Shown: in pieces, positions 29,289-37,377 of the stretch
Numbering within the stretch: the first letter of the stretch is position 1
How the letters are laid out: each line of letters opens with the position of its first letter
Origin: Rhodospirillaceae bacterium
GTDB taxonomy: Bacteria > Pseudomonadota > Alphaproteobacteria > Rhodospirillales > UBA2165
Length of the DNA stretch: 64,000 bases
Assembly (NCBI GenBank): GCA_947467145.1
Contig: CANIGJ010000003.1
Coordinates: 8,128-72,127 of the forward strand
Direction of reading: 5' to 3'
The notes under the pieces: generated by a model
The model's database searches: none
Told to the model about the DNA's origin: nothing
The model's input: only the letters and a program-made list of their open reading frames with translations
Made by a program: the position numbers and the translations under genes

Positions 29289-30395
29289 TTATGCGCGGCC
29301 CCAGACGTCATCGGCGGTTTCGAGCACGAGCGCCAACTTGCGCTTCTGATCGTCGACGGTGAGCTTGTTGCCTTTCGCGGTTGAGGCGAAGCCGCACTGC
29401 GGCGACAGGCACAGATTGTCGACCGACACATACTTGGACGCTTCGTCGATGCGGCGCTTCAGCATGTCCTTGGTTTCGAGCTCTGGCGACTTGGAGGTCA
29501 CGAGGCCGAGCACGACGGTCTGGTTCGGCTGTATGAAGCGCAGCGGTTCGAACCCGCCCGAACGGTCGTTGTCCCATTCCATGAAGAAGCCATCGACCTT
29601 CAGGTTGGCGAACATCTTCTCGGCAACGGCTTCGTAGCCGCCTTCGCCGTTCCAGTTGGATTCGAAGTTGCCACGGCACATGTGGACGGCCGCGCGCATG
29701 TTCGCCGGACGGTCGGCAACCGAACGCGACACGACGTCGCAATAGGTCAGCAGCAGTTCTTCCGGATCGTCGCCGCGTTCTTTCAAGGATGCGCGGGCGC
29801 GCTGGTCGCACAGCATGGCGAAGCAGGTATCGTCGATCTGCACATAGGTGCCGCCGAGCTTGGCGATGTGGTTGATCTCGGATTTCCAGGCGTCGACCAC
29901 ATCGTTCCAGAACAGCTTAACGTCCGGATAAACTTTTTTGTCGATGTTGGCTGTGCCGCCGCGATGATAGGCGAGCGTCGGCGACGGGATGCAGACCTTG
30001 GCGGTCTTGCTGACCAGCGGCTTCAGGAAGCCGAAATCTTCGGTCATGATGCCGTTGGGGTTCTTGATCTTGTCGGTGATGGCGAAGCCGAAGGCATGCG
30101 GCGTCTTGGCGGTGACGCTGGTGCCCATGTCCTCAATGAATTCGACGCCGTCCATCGCGCGCAGGAAGTCGCGCTGCCAGGATTCGCGGCGCAGCTCACC
30201 GTCGGTGATGGCTTCGAGGCCCAGGCTTTCCTGCATCTTCACGACGTCGCGGATGCAATCGTCCTCGATCTTGCGCAGCTCGGCGTCGGATAGCTTGCCG
30301 TCTTGATGCTTGGCGCGCGCAGCTTTCAGGTTCTCGGGGCGCAGCAGGCTGCCGACCTGGTCGGCGCGGAAGGGCGGTGTTTTACGTACGGTCAT
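29289..30395 (-). CDS. cobalamin-independent methionine synthase II (MetE C-terminal-like) family protein
   Basis: 368 aa. N-terminus FRADQVGSLLRP, ITDGELRRESW, and C-terminal LCLSPQCGFAS (Zn ligands of the MetE-like fold). Confidence 0.7.
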   Translation of the reverse strand: MTVRKTPPFRADQVGSLLRPENLKAARAKHQDGKLSDAELRKIEDDCIRDVVKMQESLGLEAITDGELRRESWQRDFLRAMDGVEFIEDMGTSVTAKTPHAFGFAITDKIKNPNGIMTEDFGFLKPLVSKTAKVCIPSPTLAYHRGGTANIDKKVYPDVKLFWNDVVDAWKSEINHIAKLGGTYVQIDDTCFAMLCDQRARASLKERGDDPEELLLTYCDVVSRSVADRPANMRAAVHMCRGNFESNWNGEGGYEAVAEKMFANLKVDGFFMEWDNDRSGGFEPLRFIQPNQTVVLGLVTSKSPELETKDMLKRRIDEASKYVSVDNLCLSPQCGFASTAKGNKLTVDDQKRKLALVLETADDVWGRA

Positions 30396-30451
30396 GATCT
30401 CGCGGTCGCTTTCGTTGTGGGAGTCATTATTCGGGAACGCGCGAGTATAGG

Positions 30452-30486
30452 CAAAAAAACCGCTCCGTCACGGGGGCGGAGCGGTC
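30452..30486 (-). terminator. rho-independent terminator about 125 nt downstream of the EEP gene
   Basis: Minus strand: ACCGCTCCG-CCCCCGTGA-CGGAGCGGT followed by TTTTTTTG. Confidence 0.7.
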
Positions 30487-30611
30487 AAATGCTTGAGGGA
30501 CAGAGGAATGGATGACGCCCCAGGGGTGCTCGAAAAGGGGGGACCTTTCCCCTCCGAAGGTCATTGCTTCCAATAAGGCAAACAGCGACCCCCAGGCTTT
30601 ATTCCGGGGGT

Positions 30612-31529
30612 TTATTCCGCCGCGGTCTGGAGGGCGGAAATCCGCGATTTTGCGGCGCTTTGGCCGCCGAATTGCCCGAAATGCGGGGTGTGGGCCCAGA
30701 TTGGGTGATCGCCGACCGGGAAGACATGGGCCGGCCGGACCGCCGTCAGGGTCAATTCGCAGGCCAGGGCCGGGCGATCGCCGGGATAGAGGTTGGTGGC
30801 GCTATCGGCGGCGTCCAGTTCGGTGCGGCTTTCGCTCAGCACGATGGGCGCCACCGGGCGATAGCCGGGTGTGCGGCTGATGGCGAACAGCCGGTCGACG
30901 CCGCGTTCCGGGGCGGCCTCGGCGACGGCAAAGCCCGCTAGGTTGCGGATCGGATCGAGCGCCGGCTCGATCCGCCCGGCATTGAAATCGCCGCCGGCCA
31001 GGATGTGGTCGAAATCGTGGGCGCCGGCCAAGCATTCGGCGAGCTTCTCGATTTGGTGGCGGCGCGCGGCATCGGTCCCGGCCCGGTGACCCAACTGGAT
31101 ATTGGCGACGAGCAGGTGGGTGCCCTGCAGTTCGATATCGCAGAACTGGGCGATGCGTTGGCCGTCGCGCGGATCGCACGGCAGTTCGATATGGCTCGCG
31201 CTGACGATGGCATGACGGCTGAGGATGGCGAGTCCGCTGTGGCTTTGCGTCGGCCGGCCGTCCAGATGACGCAGCTTGGGGCGCAGCGGCAGAAAGGCGC
31301 ATTGCATGCCGAGCCGGCGTGCGAGATGCGCGGCCGTGTTGTAGCGATTGTCCGCCGTCGCGAACACGTTCTGCAGCAGCAAGATATCGGGTGCGAGGGA
31401 TTGCAAATCCTTCGTCATCACGTTCAGGCGTGCGCGATAGTCGTCTCGGCAGGACGAGGTGTCGAAGGTGATCGCGTTGAAGCGATGATAGGACTGATAT
31501 GTATCGTGTGGCATGGCGTAGATTTGCAC
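30612..31529 (-). CDS. endonuclease/exonuclease/phosphatase (EEP) family protein, active-site-degenerate paralogue
   Basis: 305 aa, collinear with the upstream paralogue. It reads FDTSS, LLQNV and GDR where that paralogue has LNTWN, LLQEV and SDH. It retains GGDFNA and has an extra ~45-aa tail. Confidence 0.7.
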   Translation of the reverse strand: MQIYAMPHDTYQSYHRFNAITFDTSSCRDDYRARLNVMTKDLQSLAPDILLLQNVFATADNRYNTAAHLARRLGMQCAFLPLRPKLRHLDGRPTQSHSGLAILSRHAIVSASHIELPCDPRDGQRIAQFCDIELQGTHLLVANIQLGHRAGTDAARRHQIEKLAECLAGAHDFDHILAGGDFNAGRIEPALDPIRNLAGFAVAEAAPERGVDRLFAISRTPGYRPVAPIVLSESRTELDAADSATNLYPGDRPALACELTLTAVRPAHVFPVGDHPIWAHTPHFGQFGGQSAAKSRISALQTAAE

Positions 31530-31584
31530 GACAACAATGACGGTTGGATGTCAAAGTTGTGACCTTGGGGGGATATTCCGATCG

Positions 31585-32373
31585 TTACGCCGGTGCGGCG
31601 CCGAGTGTGATCCACGCCTGTACGCCGACATGATCGCTGGCGAAAACGCCGGTCTGTTCGTCGGCTTTGTCGAGCATCGCGGATGCGGATGACAGCAACA
31701 GCGGCGCCGCATCGCGCCGCCGCACGGCGAACAGATGATCGACACCAAGGCCGATCGGTGCGCTCGATAGTGCGCGCATCGCCGACAACGCCGGATAATC
31801 GGCGAAGAGTTCGAACAGCGTTGCATCGGCGTCGGCATTGAAGTCGCCGCCGAGCAGGATGTGATCGTGCGTCCATGTGTTGGCCATGCGGCGGACAATG
31901 CAATCGAGTTGCTGGCGGCGCAGATTGTCGGCGTATTCGAGATGGCTGAGGTGCAGATTGACGATCAACAGGCGTGTGCGGTTGATGTCGATCTCGGTGA
32001 ACTGCGCGATCCGTTCGCCGTCGCGTGGATCGGCCGGCAGTGCGAACCGTTCCGACCAGACGATCGGATGACGCGACAGCACGGCCAGGCCCGAGGAACA
32101 CAAGATCGGCTCGTCGGCGAGGCGCCGCGTCTTGGTGCGCGCGGGATGATAGGCGCAAGCGAGATTGAGATCCTTGGCCAGTGCGCGCGCCGTGTTGTCG
32201 CTGCCGTCGCGGTTCGAAAAGACTTCCTGCAGCAAAATGATGTCGGGTGTTGCGGCGGCGAGCCCACGCGTCATCGCGGTCAGCCGCGGGCGATAGTCGC
32301 CCTGGCAATTCCACGTGTTGAGCGTGAGTGCAGAGAGACGGACGGTCGTGGCTTTGGGGGCGTTATCCAGCAT
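31585..32373 (-). CDS. endonuclease/exonuclease/phosphatase (EEP) family protein, canonical motifs
   Basis: 262 aa with LNTWN, DIILLQEV, GGDFNA and a C-terminal SDHVGV. Confidence 0.75.
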   Translation of the reverse strand: MLDNAPKATTVRLSALTLNTWNCQGDYRPRLTAMTRGLAAATPDIILLQEVFSNRDGSDNTARALAKDLNLACAYHPARTKTRRLADEPILCSSGLAVLSRHPIVWSERFALPADPRDGERIAQFTEIDINRTRLLIVNLHLSHLEYADNLRRQQLDCIVRRMANTWTHDHILLGGDFNADADATLFELFADYPALSAMRALSSAPIGLGVDHLFAVRRRDAAPLLLSSASAMLDKADEQTGVFASDHVGVQAWITLGAAPA

Positions 32374-32445
32374 GGCGTCGCCGACGTTTAAGTCGGCGAC
32401 GTTACAGCCGTATGACAGGAGCGGATGAGTTATTTCAGTTCCGCG

Positions 32446-32982
32446 TTAGCGCGGCGCAAACACCATCGTCATCTGACGGCCTTCCATACGGGGGAAGGCT
32501 TCGACCTTGGCGAGCAGGTTCAGATCGACCTGGACGCGTTCGAGAACTTTCGCGCCGATTTCCTGGTGCGCCATTTCGCGGCCACGGAAACGCAAGGTTA
32601 CTTTCACCTTGTCGCCTTCTTCGAGGAAGCGATGGATCGCCTTCATCTTGACCTGGTAATCGTGCTCGTCGATGCCCGGGCGCATCTTGATCTCTTTGAC
32701 CTCGATGACCTTCTGCTTCTTGCGAGCCTCGTTCTTACGCTTCTGCTCTTCATATTTGAATTTGCCGAAGTCGAGAATTTTGGCGACCGGCGGATCCGAA
32801 TTGGGCACGATCTCGACGAGGTCGAGGCCGGCGGCTTCGGCGCGGCTCAGCGCATCGCTGATGGTAACGACACCGACATTCGAGCCATCGGCATCGATCA
32901 GGCGCACTTCGGGCACTCTGATGTCGGTATTGATATTGGGCCCGTCCTTGGAGGGGCCGGCATTCATGGGTGGACGAGGGAT
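32446..32982 (-). CDS. infC: translation initiation factor IF-3, probable AUC start
   Basis: IF-3 motifs ([37 protein letters not shown]). Start extended from ATG 32967 to the in-frame ATC 32982-32980. That ATC lies 8 nt after AAGGAG and directly after an in-frame TAG. Confidence 0.9.
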   Translation of the reverse strand: MPRPPMNAGPSKDGPNINTDIRVPEVRLIDADGSNVGVVTISDALSRAEAAGLDLVEIVPNSDPPVAKILDFGKFKYEEQKRKNEARKKQKVIEVKEIKMRPGIDEHDYQVKMKAIHRFLEEGDKVKVTLRFRGREMAHQEIGAKVLERVQVDLNLLAKVEAFPRMEGRQMTMVFAPR

Positions 32983-33101
32983 CTAGGCAACTCCTTATGG
33001 GCCCCCGCTACCGCCAAGGACCGCTGCACTTGAGTTGCATGCGACCATTTCCTGGGCGGAAACGAAGGACTTCTCCTTACTGATTAACGCAGGCTCTGGG
33101 T

Positions 33102-35015
33102 TTACATACCGGGGGCCCGCGCTTCGTTAATGAGTGTAGCCAGGGCGGCGTCCAAGGCAAGAAATTCTTGCTTTTCGCCACCCAGACGGCGCATCGCGAC
33201 CTTCTTTTCCTCGGCTTCCCGGCCGCCGACGACGAGGATGACCGGCACTTTGGCCAAGGAATGCTCGCGCACCTTGTAGTTGATCTTCTCGTTGCGCAGG
33301 TCCCCCTCGGCCCGGAGCCCGGCGGCCTGGAGCATCTCGACGACCTCTTCGGCATAGCCGTTGGCGGCATCTGTGATCGTGGCGACCACGATCTGGCGGG
33401 GCGCCAGCCAGAGCGGGAATTTGCCCGCGTAATGCTCGATCAGGATGCCGATGAAGCGTTCGAAAGAGCCCAAAATGGCGCGGTGCAGCATGACCGGGCG
33501 GTGTTTCGCGCCATCTTCGCCGATATAGACCGCATCCAAGCGTTCGGGTAGGACGAAATCGACCTGCAAGGTGCCGCATTGCCAATCGCGCCCGATGGCG
33601 TCGCGCAGCACGAATTCGAGCTTCGGTCCGTAGAACGCACCTTCGCCCGGATTGGGGATCGGGTCGATGCCGGCCGCATGGGCGGCGTCTAGAAGTGCGC
33701 GCTCGGCCTTGTCCCAGGTTTCGTCCGTACCGGCGCGCACGGCGGGCCGATCGGAAAACTTGATCGCGAAGGACTCGAAGCCGAGGTCTTTATAGATCGA
33801 GGACAACAGATCGATGAATTTCTTCGTCTCGACCTCGATCTGGTTCTCGGTGCAGAAGATATGCGCATCGTCCTGCGTGAAGGCGCGCACGCGCATCAGG
33901 CCGTGCAGCGCGCCCGACGGTTCGTTGCGATGGCACGAGCCGAACTCGGCCATGCGCAGCGGCAGATCGCGATAGCTCTTGATACCCTGGCGGAAGATCT
34001 GCACATGGCAGGGACAGTTCATCGGCTTGACCGCCAAGGTGCGGTCTTCGGATTCCGACGTGAACATGTGCTGGCCGAATTTTTCCCAATGGCCGGACGC
34101 TTCCCACAGGCTGCGATCGACCAATTGCGGCGTTTTCACTTCGATATAGCCCGTGCGCTCCAGTCGGCGGCGCATATAGGCTTCGAGCGAGCGATAGATG
34201 CTCCAGCCACTCTGATGCCAGAAGGCCGAGCCCGGTGCTTCTTCCTGGAAATGGAACAGATCCATCTCGCGGCCGATGCGACGATGATCGCGCTTCTCGG
34301 CCTCTTCGAGCATCTCGAGATAAGCGGCGAGTTGTTTCGTGTCCGGCCACGCCGTCGCATAGATGCGCTGCAGCTGCGCCTTGGTGGAATCGCCGCGCCA
34401 ATAGGCACCGGCCAGCTTCATCAGCTTGAAGGCTTTCGGCAGTTTGCCTGTGCTCGGCAGATGCGGCCCGCGGCACAGATCGGTCCAGTCACCCTGCTTA
34501 TAGATGGTGATCGTTTCCGTGCCGGGCAGATCCTGAATGATCTCGGCTTTGTAATCCTCGCCGACGCCTTTGAAATAGTTGATCGCGTCATTGCGATCCC
34601 ACACTTCGCGCACGATCGGCAGATCGCGGTCGATGATCTCGGCCATGCGCTTTTCGATCTTTTCGAAATCATCCGTCGAGAACGGTTCAGCGCGGGCGAA
34701 ATCGTAATAGAAGCCATTGTCGATGGCCGGGCCGATCGTCACCTGCGTGCCCGGAAACAATTCCTGCACCGCCTGCGCCATCACGTGCGCCGCATCGTGA
34801 CGCAACAGTTCGAGCGCGTCGGCATCCTTGGTCGTGACGACGGAGAAATTGACGTCATGATCGATCTCGCGTTTGAGATCGCGCATCTCGCCATCGATGC
34901 GCACCGCCAGCGCCGCCTTAACGAGGCCCGGCCCGATATCGGCCGCGACATCCAGGCCCGTGACCGGGCGGTCGTATTGCCGAACTTTGCCGTCGGGGAG
35001 TGTTACTGCAACCAT
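33102..35015 (-). CDS. thrS: threonine--tRNA ligase
   Basis: TGS-domain start [11 protein letters not shown] and class II motifs ([41 protein letters not shown]). The track start TTG 35033 is replaced by ATG 35015. Confidence 0.95.
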   Translation of the reverse strand: MVAVTLPDGKVRQYDRPVTGLDVAADIGPGLVKAALAVRIDGEMRDLKREIDHDVNFSVVTTKDADALELLRHDAAHVMAQAVQELFPGTQVTIGPAIDNGFYYDFARAEPFSTDDFEKIEKRMAEIIDRDLPIVREVWDRNDAINYFKGVGEDYKAEIIQDLPGTETITIYKQGDWTDLCRGPHLPSTGKLPKAFKLMKLAGAYWRGDSTKAQLQRIYATAWPDTKQLAAYLEMLEEAEKRDHRRIGREMDLFHFQEEAPGSAFWHQSGWSIYRSLEAYMRRRLERTGYIEVKTPQLVDRSLWEASGHWEKFGQHMFTSESEDRTLAVKPMNCPCHVQIFRQGIKSYRDLPLRMAEFGSCHRNEPSGALHGLMRVRAFTQDDAHIFCTENQIEVETKKFIDLLSSIYKDLGFESFAIKFSDRPAVRAGTDETWDKAERALLDAAHAAGIDPIPNPGEGAFYGPKLEFVLRDAIGRDWQCGTLQVDFVLPERLDAVYIGEDGAKHRPVMLHRAILGSFERFIGILIEHYAGKFPLWLAPRQIVVATITDAANGYAEEVVEMLQAAGLRAEGDLRNEKINYKVREHSLAKVPVILVVGGREAEEKKVAMRRLGGEKQEFLALDAALATLINEARAPGM

Positions 35016-35042
35016 CGAAGTTGTCCTGATCAATAAGCCGCT

Positions 35043-35083
35043 AAAACGAAAAAACCCTCCTGCCGGAGCGAGGAGGGCTGTGA
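35043..35083 (-). terminator. thrS attenuator: terminator hairpin plus overlapping antiterminator strand
   Basis: Minus strand: CCCTCCT (35077-35071) pairs with AGGAGGG (35061-35055), then TTTTTTCGTTTT (35054-35043). UCACAGCCCUCC (35083-35072) can instead pair with 35021-35010. Confidence 0.7.
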
Positions 35084-35109
35084 GTTCCGCTATCTACGCG
35101 CGCCGAACG

Positions 35110-35169
35110 TCACGGCCCCCAAAAGGTGGTCGCGGTGGTGGTCGCAGTGGTAGAGGCACTCTTATGCAT
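35110..35169 (-). CDS. Thr-rich leader peptide (19 aa) of thrS
   Basis: ATG 35169: MHKSASTTATTTATTFWGP, stop TGA 35112-35110. Seven Thr codons within nine consecutive codons. It corresponds to the last 19 codons of track ORF 35110..35310. Confidence 0.6.
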   Translation of the reverse strand: MHKSASTTATTTATTFWGP

Positions 35170-35176
35170 GGCCGGA

Positions 35177-35205
35177 TATATGGGAAATCCTGGCCGTACT
35201 GTCAA
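35177..35205 (-). promoter_or_regulatory. sigma70-like promoter of the thrS leader
   Basis: Minus strand: TTGACA (35205-35200), 17 nt, CATATA (35182-35177). The -10 element ends 7 nt before the leader AUG. Confidence 0.5.
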
Positions 35206-36176
35206 GAAGTTGCGCTGTTTTGCGGGATCGCGGCCAGTACCTCGTCGAGGCGGATCTGGGTCAGATCGTCGCGGCGCAGCACGGCCACGCGGGCCCCGCG
35301 CGGCGCGCACAGCGCCGGATCGGACGCCTTGGAGAACAGCACGACCGTCGGGCAGCTCATGGCGGCGGCAATGTGCATGGGGCCGGTATCGTTGCCGATG
35401 GCGAACTCCGCCTCGCGGGCCAGGGCAAACAAGTCGGATAGATCGGTTTCACCGCACAGATTGCGCGCGCGCGGCGCCACGGCGCAGATTGCGTCGGCCA
35501 TGGCTTTTTCCGATGGGGCGCCAATGATCACGGGGGTAACCCCGCGTTGTGCGATTTGAGTGGCGAGCGCTGAATAATGCCCGATCGGCCAGCGTTTCTT
35601 AGGCCGATGGGCCGAGCCCCCGGGCACCAGCAGGGCGAACGGGCGCGGCAGCCAGAATCTCAGCGCGCTGCGGATGATCCAGGAAAAATCGGGCGGGCGC
35701 ACCTCGGCGATGCCGGCCATCGCCAGCTGGTCCTTCTGGCGCTCGACCGTATGCATAAAATCGCGCTGGGGATTGGCGTGCGGATGCGAGGCGGCCCGCG
35801 CGATGCCCGACCATTCCGGCATCGGGCCAGGCCAGAATAATCGACGATAGCCACTGCTGCGGTCCGATGTTTGTAGATCGTAGACGCGAGCGAAGGTTCC
35901 GTCCCGTAGACGACGACGTAGCGCCAGCATATCGCCGGGCCGCGTCAGCCTGGGCCTTGTGTCGACCCACACATCGTCGAACCACGGTGCGCGGCGCGCG
36001 AACTCGGCAAACGGCTGGGTGGTCAGAAGCGTGATGCGCGCACCCGCATGATGTGCGCGGATGGCGGCGAAGGGTCCGGCGGCTTGGACGAAATCGCCGA
36101 GCGCCCCCAGTTTGATGACCAGGATGTTTTGGTCAGCCAACCGTCGCGTGCTCCCGCAGGAGCTCGTTGTAAACAT
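35202..36176 (-). CDS. glycosyltransferase family 9 (LPS heptosyltransferase-like)
   Basis: 324 aa with ILVIKLGALGDFVQA and a C-terminal GNDTGPMHIAAA. The start is uncertain: ATG 36176 overlaps the upstream gene by 44 nt, and TTG 36140 is an alternative. Confidence 0.75.
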   Translation of the reverse strand: MFTTSSCGSTRRLADQNILVIKLGALGDFVQAAGPFAAIRAHHAGARITLLTTQPFAEFARRAPWFDDVWVDTRPRLTRPGDMLALRRRLRDGTFARVYDLQTSDRSSGYRRLFWPGPMPEWSGIARAASHPHANPQRDFMHTVERQKDQLAMAGIAEVRPPDFSWIIRSALRFWLPRPFALLVPGGSAHRPKKRWPIGHYSALATQIAQRGVTPVIIGAPSEKAMADAICAVAPRARNLCGETDLSDLFALAREAEFAIGNDTGPMHIAAAMSCPTVVLFSKASDPALCAPRGARVAVLRRDDLTQIRLDEVLAAIPQNSATS

Positions 36177-37377
36177 CGAGCGTGCGGCGGCTCATTAGTT
36201 CCTTGGTGTAATTGGCGCGCACATGCTCGATGGCCTTGGCGCTGAGCTGAACGCGCTGCGCCTCGCTCAACGACAACGCTTTGGCGATGGCTTCGGCGAG
36301 CGCGGTGGAATCGCCGGGCGGTGTCAGCCAGCCGGTCACGTTCTCAATCACCGTTTCGCGCGCGCCGCCATGATCTGTCGCGACGATCGGGCGGCCGAGT
36401 GCCTGTGCCTCGACAATGACGCGGCCGAAAGCTTCCGGATCGGTCGAGGCGGAGATGACGAGATCGGTGAGCATGTAGGCGGCCTGCATATCGTTGCAGT
36501 CGTCGATAATGTGCACGATCGAGCTGAGATTGCGGCGTTTGATTTCCTGCTTCAGCTCGCCGCTATAACTTTCGCGCCCCTGATCGGAGCCAACGAGCAG
36601 GCATTGGATGTCGCTACGTCCCAATTTCTGGATCGCTTCGATGAAAACGGTCTGGCCTTTCCAGCGCGTCAGGCGCCCGGGCAGCATGATCACCGGCATG
36701 CCGTCCGGCAGGCGCCATTTGAGCGCCAGGTTGATCATGCGTTCGTTGCTGATGGCGTGTTGATCGTAGCGCGCCATGTCGACGCCACGCGGGATCACGC
36801 GGATGCGGTTGGTCGGCACGCCGTAGATCTGGCGGATATGTCCGGCGATGAAATCGGAAATGGCGATGACGCGTTCGCCCTTCACCATCACCGAATTGTA
36901 CCAGCGCTTGAGCGCGTTCGAATGCCCATAAGTGCCGTGATAAGTGGTGAGGAACGGCACACCGGCCGCCTTGGCGGCGCGATAGGCGCTCCACGCCGGA
37001 GCCCGCGAGCGCGCATGCACGATATCGACCTTTTCACGCACCATCAGTTCGGCGAGCCGCGCGATGTTCTTGAACATCACGACCGGATTTTTGGAGGCCA
37101 GCGGCAGCGTTATATGTGTCGCGTGCGCGCGGTTGAGCTCGGTGACCATGGGCCCGCCGGTCGAGGCGACGATGGCCCGCCCGCCGGCCGCCACGATGGC
37201 TTCGGCAATATCGACTGTGCCGCGTTCGACCCCGCCCGTCACCAGCGCCGGCAGAACCTGCAAGATGGTGGCGCCGCGGATATCGGCCGGCCGGGCGCGG
37301 ATGTCGGCCAGCGTTTCCACGCCTGCCGCGGCGATGCTATGGTTCGCTTCCGCGTCCGTTAGAGTTGTGGATTCCAT
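36133..37377 (-). CDS. glycosyltransferase family 4 (GT-B, EX7E type)
   Basis: Trimmed to ATG 37377. ILQVLPALVTGGVERG at the N-terminus; PEAFGRVIVEAQALGRPIVATDHGGARE near the C-terminus. Confidence 0.75.
   Translation of the reverse strand: MESTTLTDAEANHSIAAAGVETLADIRARPADIRGATILQVLPALVTGGVERGTVDIAEAIVAAGGRAIVASTGGPMVTELNRAHATHITLPLASKNPVVMFKNIARLAELMVREKVDIVHARSRAPAWSAYRAAKAAGVPFLTTYHGTYGHSNALKRWYNSVMVKGERVIAISDFIAGHIRQIYGVPTNRIRVIPRGVDMARYDQHAISNERMINLALKWRLPDGMPVIMLPGRLTRWKGQTVFIEAIQKLGRSDIQCLLVGSDQGRESYSGELKQEIKRRNLSSIVHIIDDCNDMQAAYMLTDLVISASTDPEAFGRVIVEAQALGRPIVATDHGGARETVIENVTGWLTPPGDSTALAEAIAKALSLSEAQRVQLSAKAIEHVRANYTKELMSRRTLDVYNELLREHATVG

Noticed and set aside
30396-30611. Possible cobalamin or SAM riboswitch upstream of the MetE-like gene.
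   Set aside because: I could not find a B12 box (GCCACTG-like core) or the SAM-II pseudoknot signature. The prominent hairpin is a plain terminator for the upstream EEP gene.
35110-35310. 66-aa track ORF overlapping the 3-prime end of the GT9 gene.
   Set aside because: Only the last 19 codons (from ATG 35169) make biological sense as the thrS leader peptide. The upstream part is an Arg/Pro-rich out-of-frame overlap of the glycosyltransferase gene and lies upstream of the promoter-like element.
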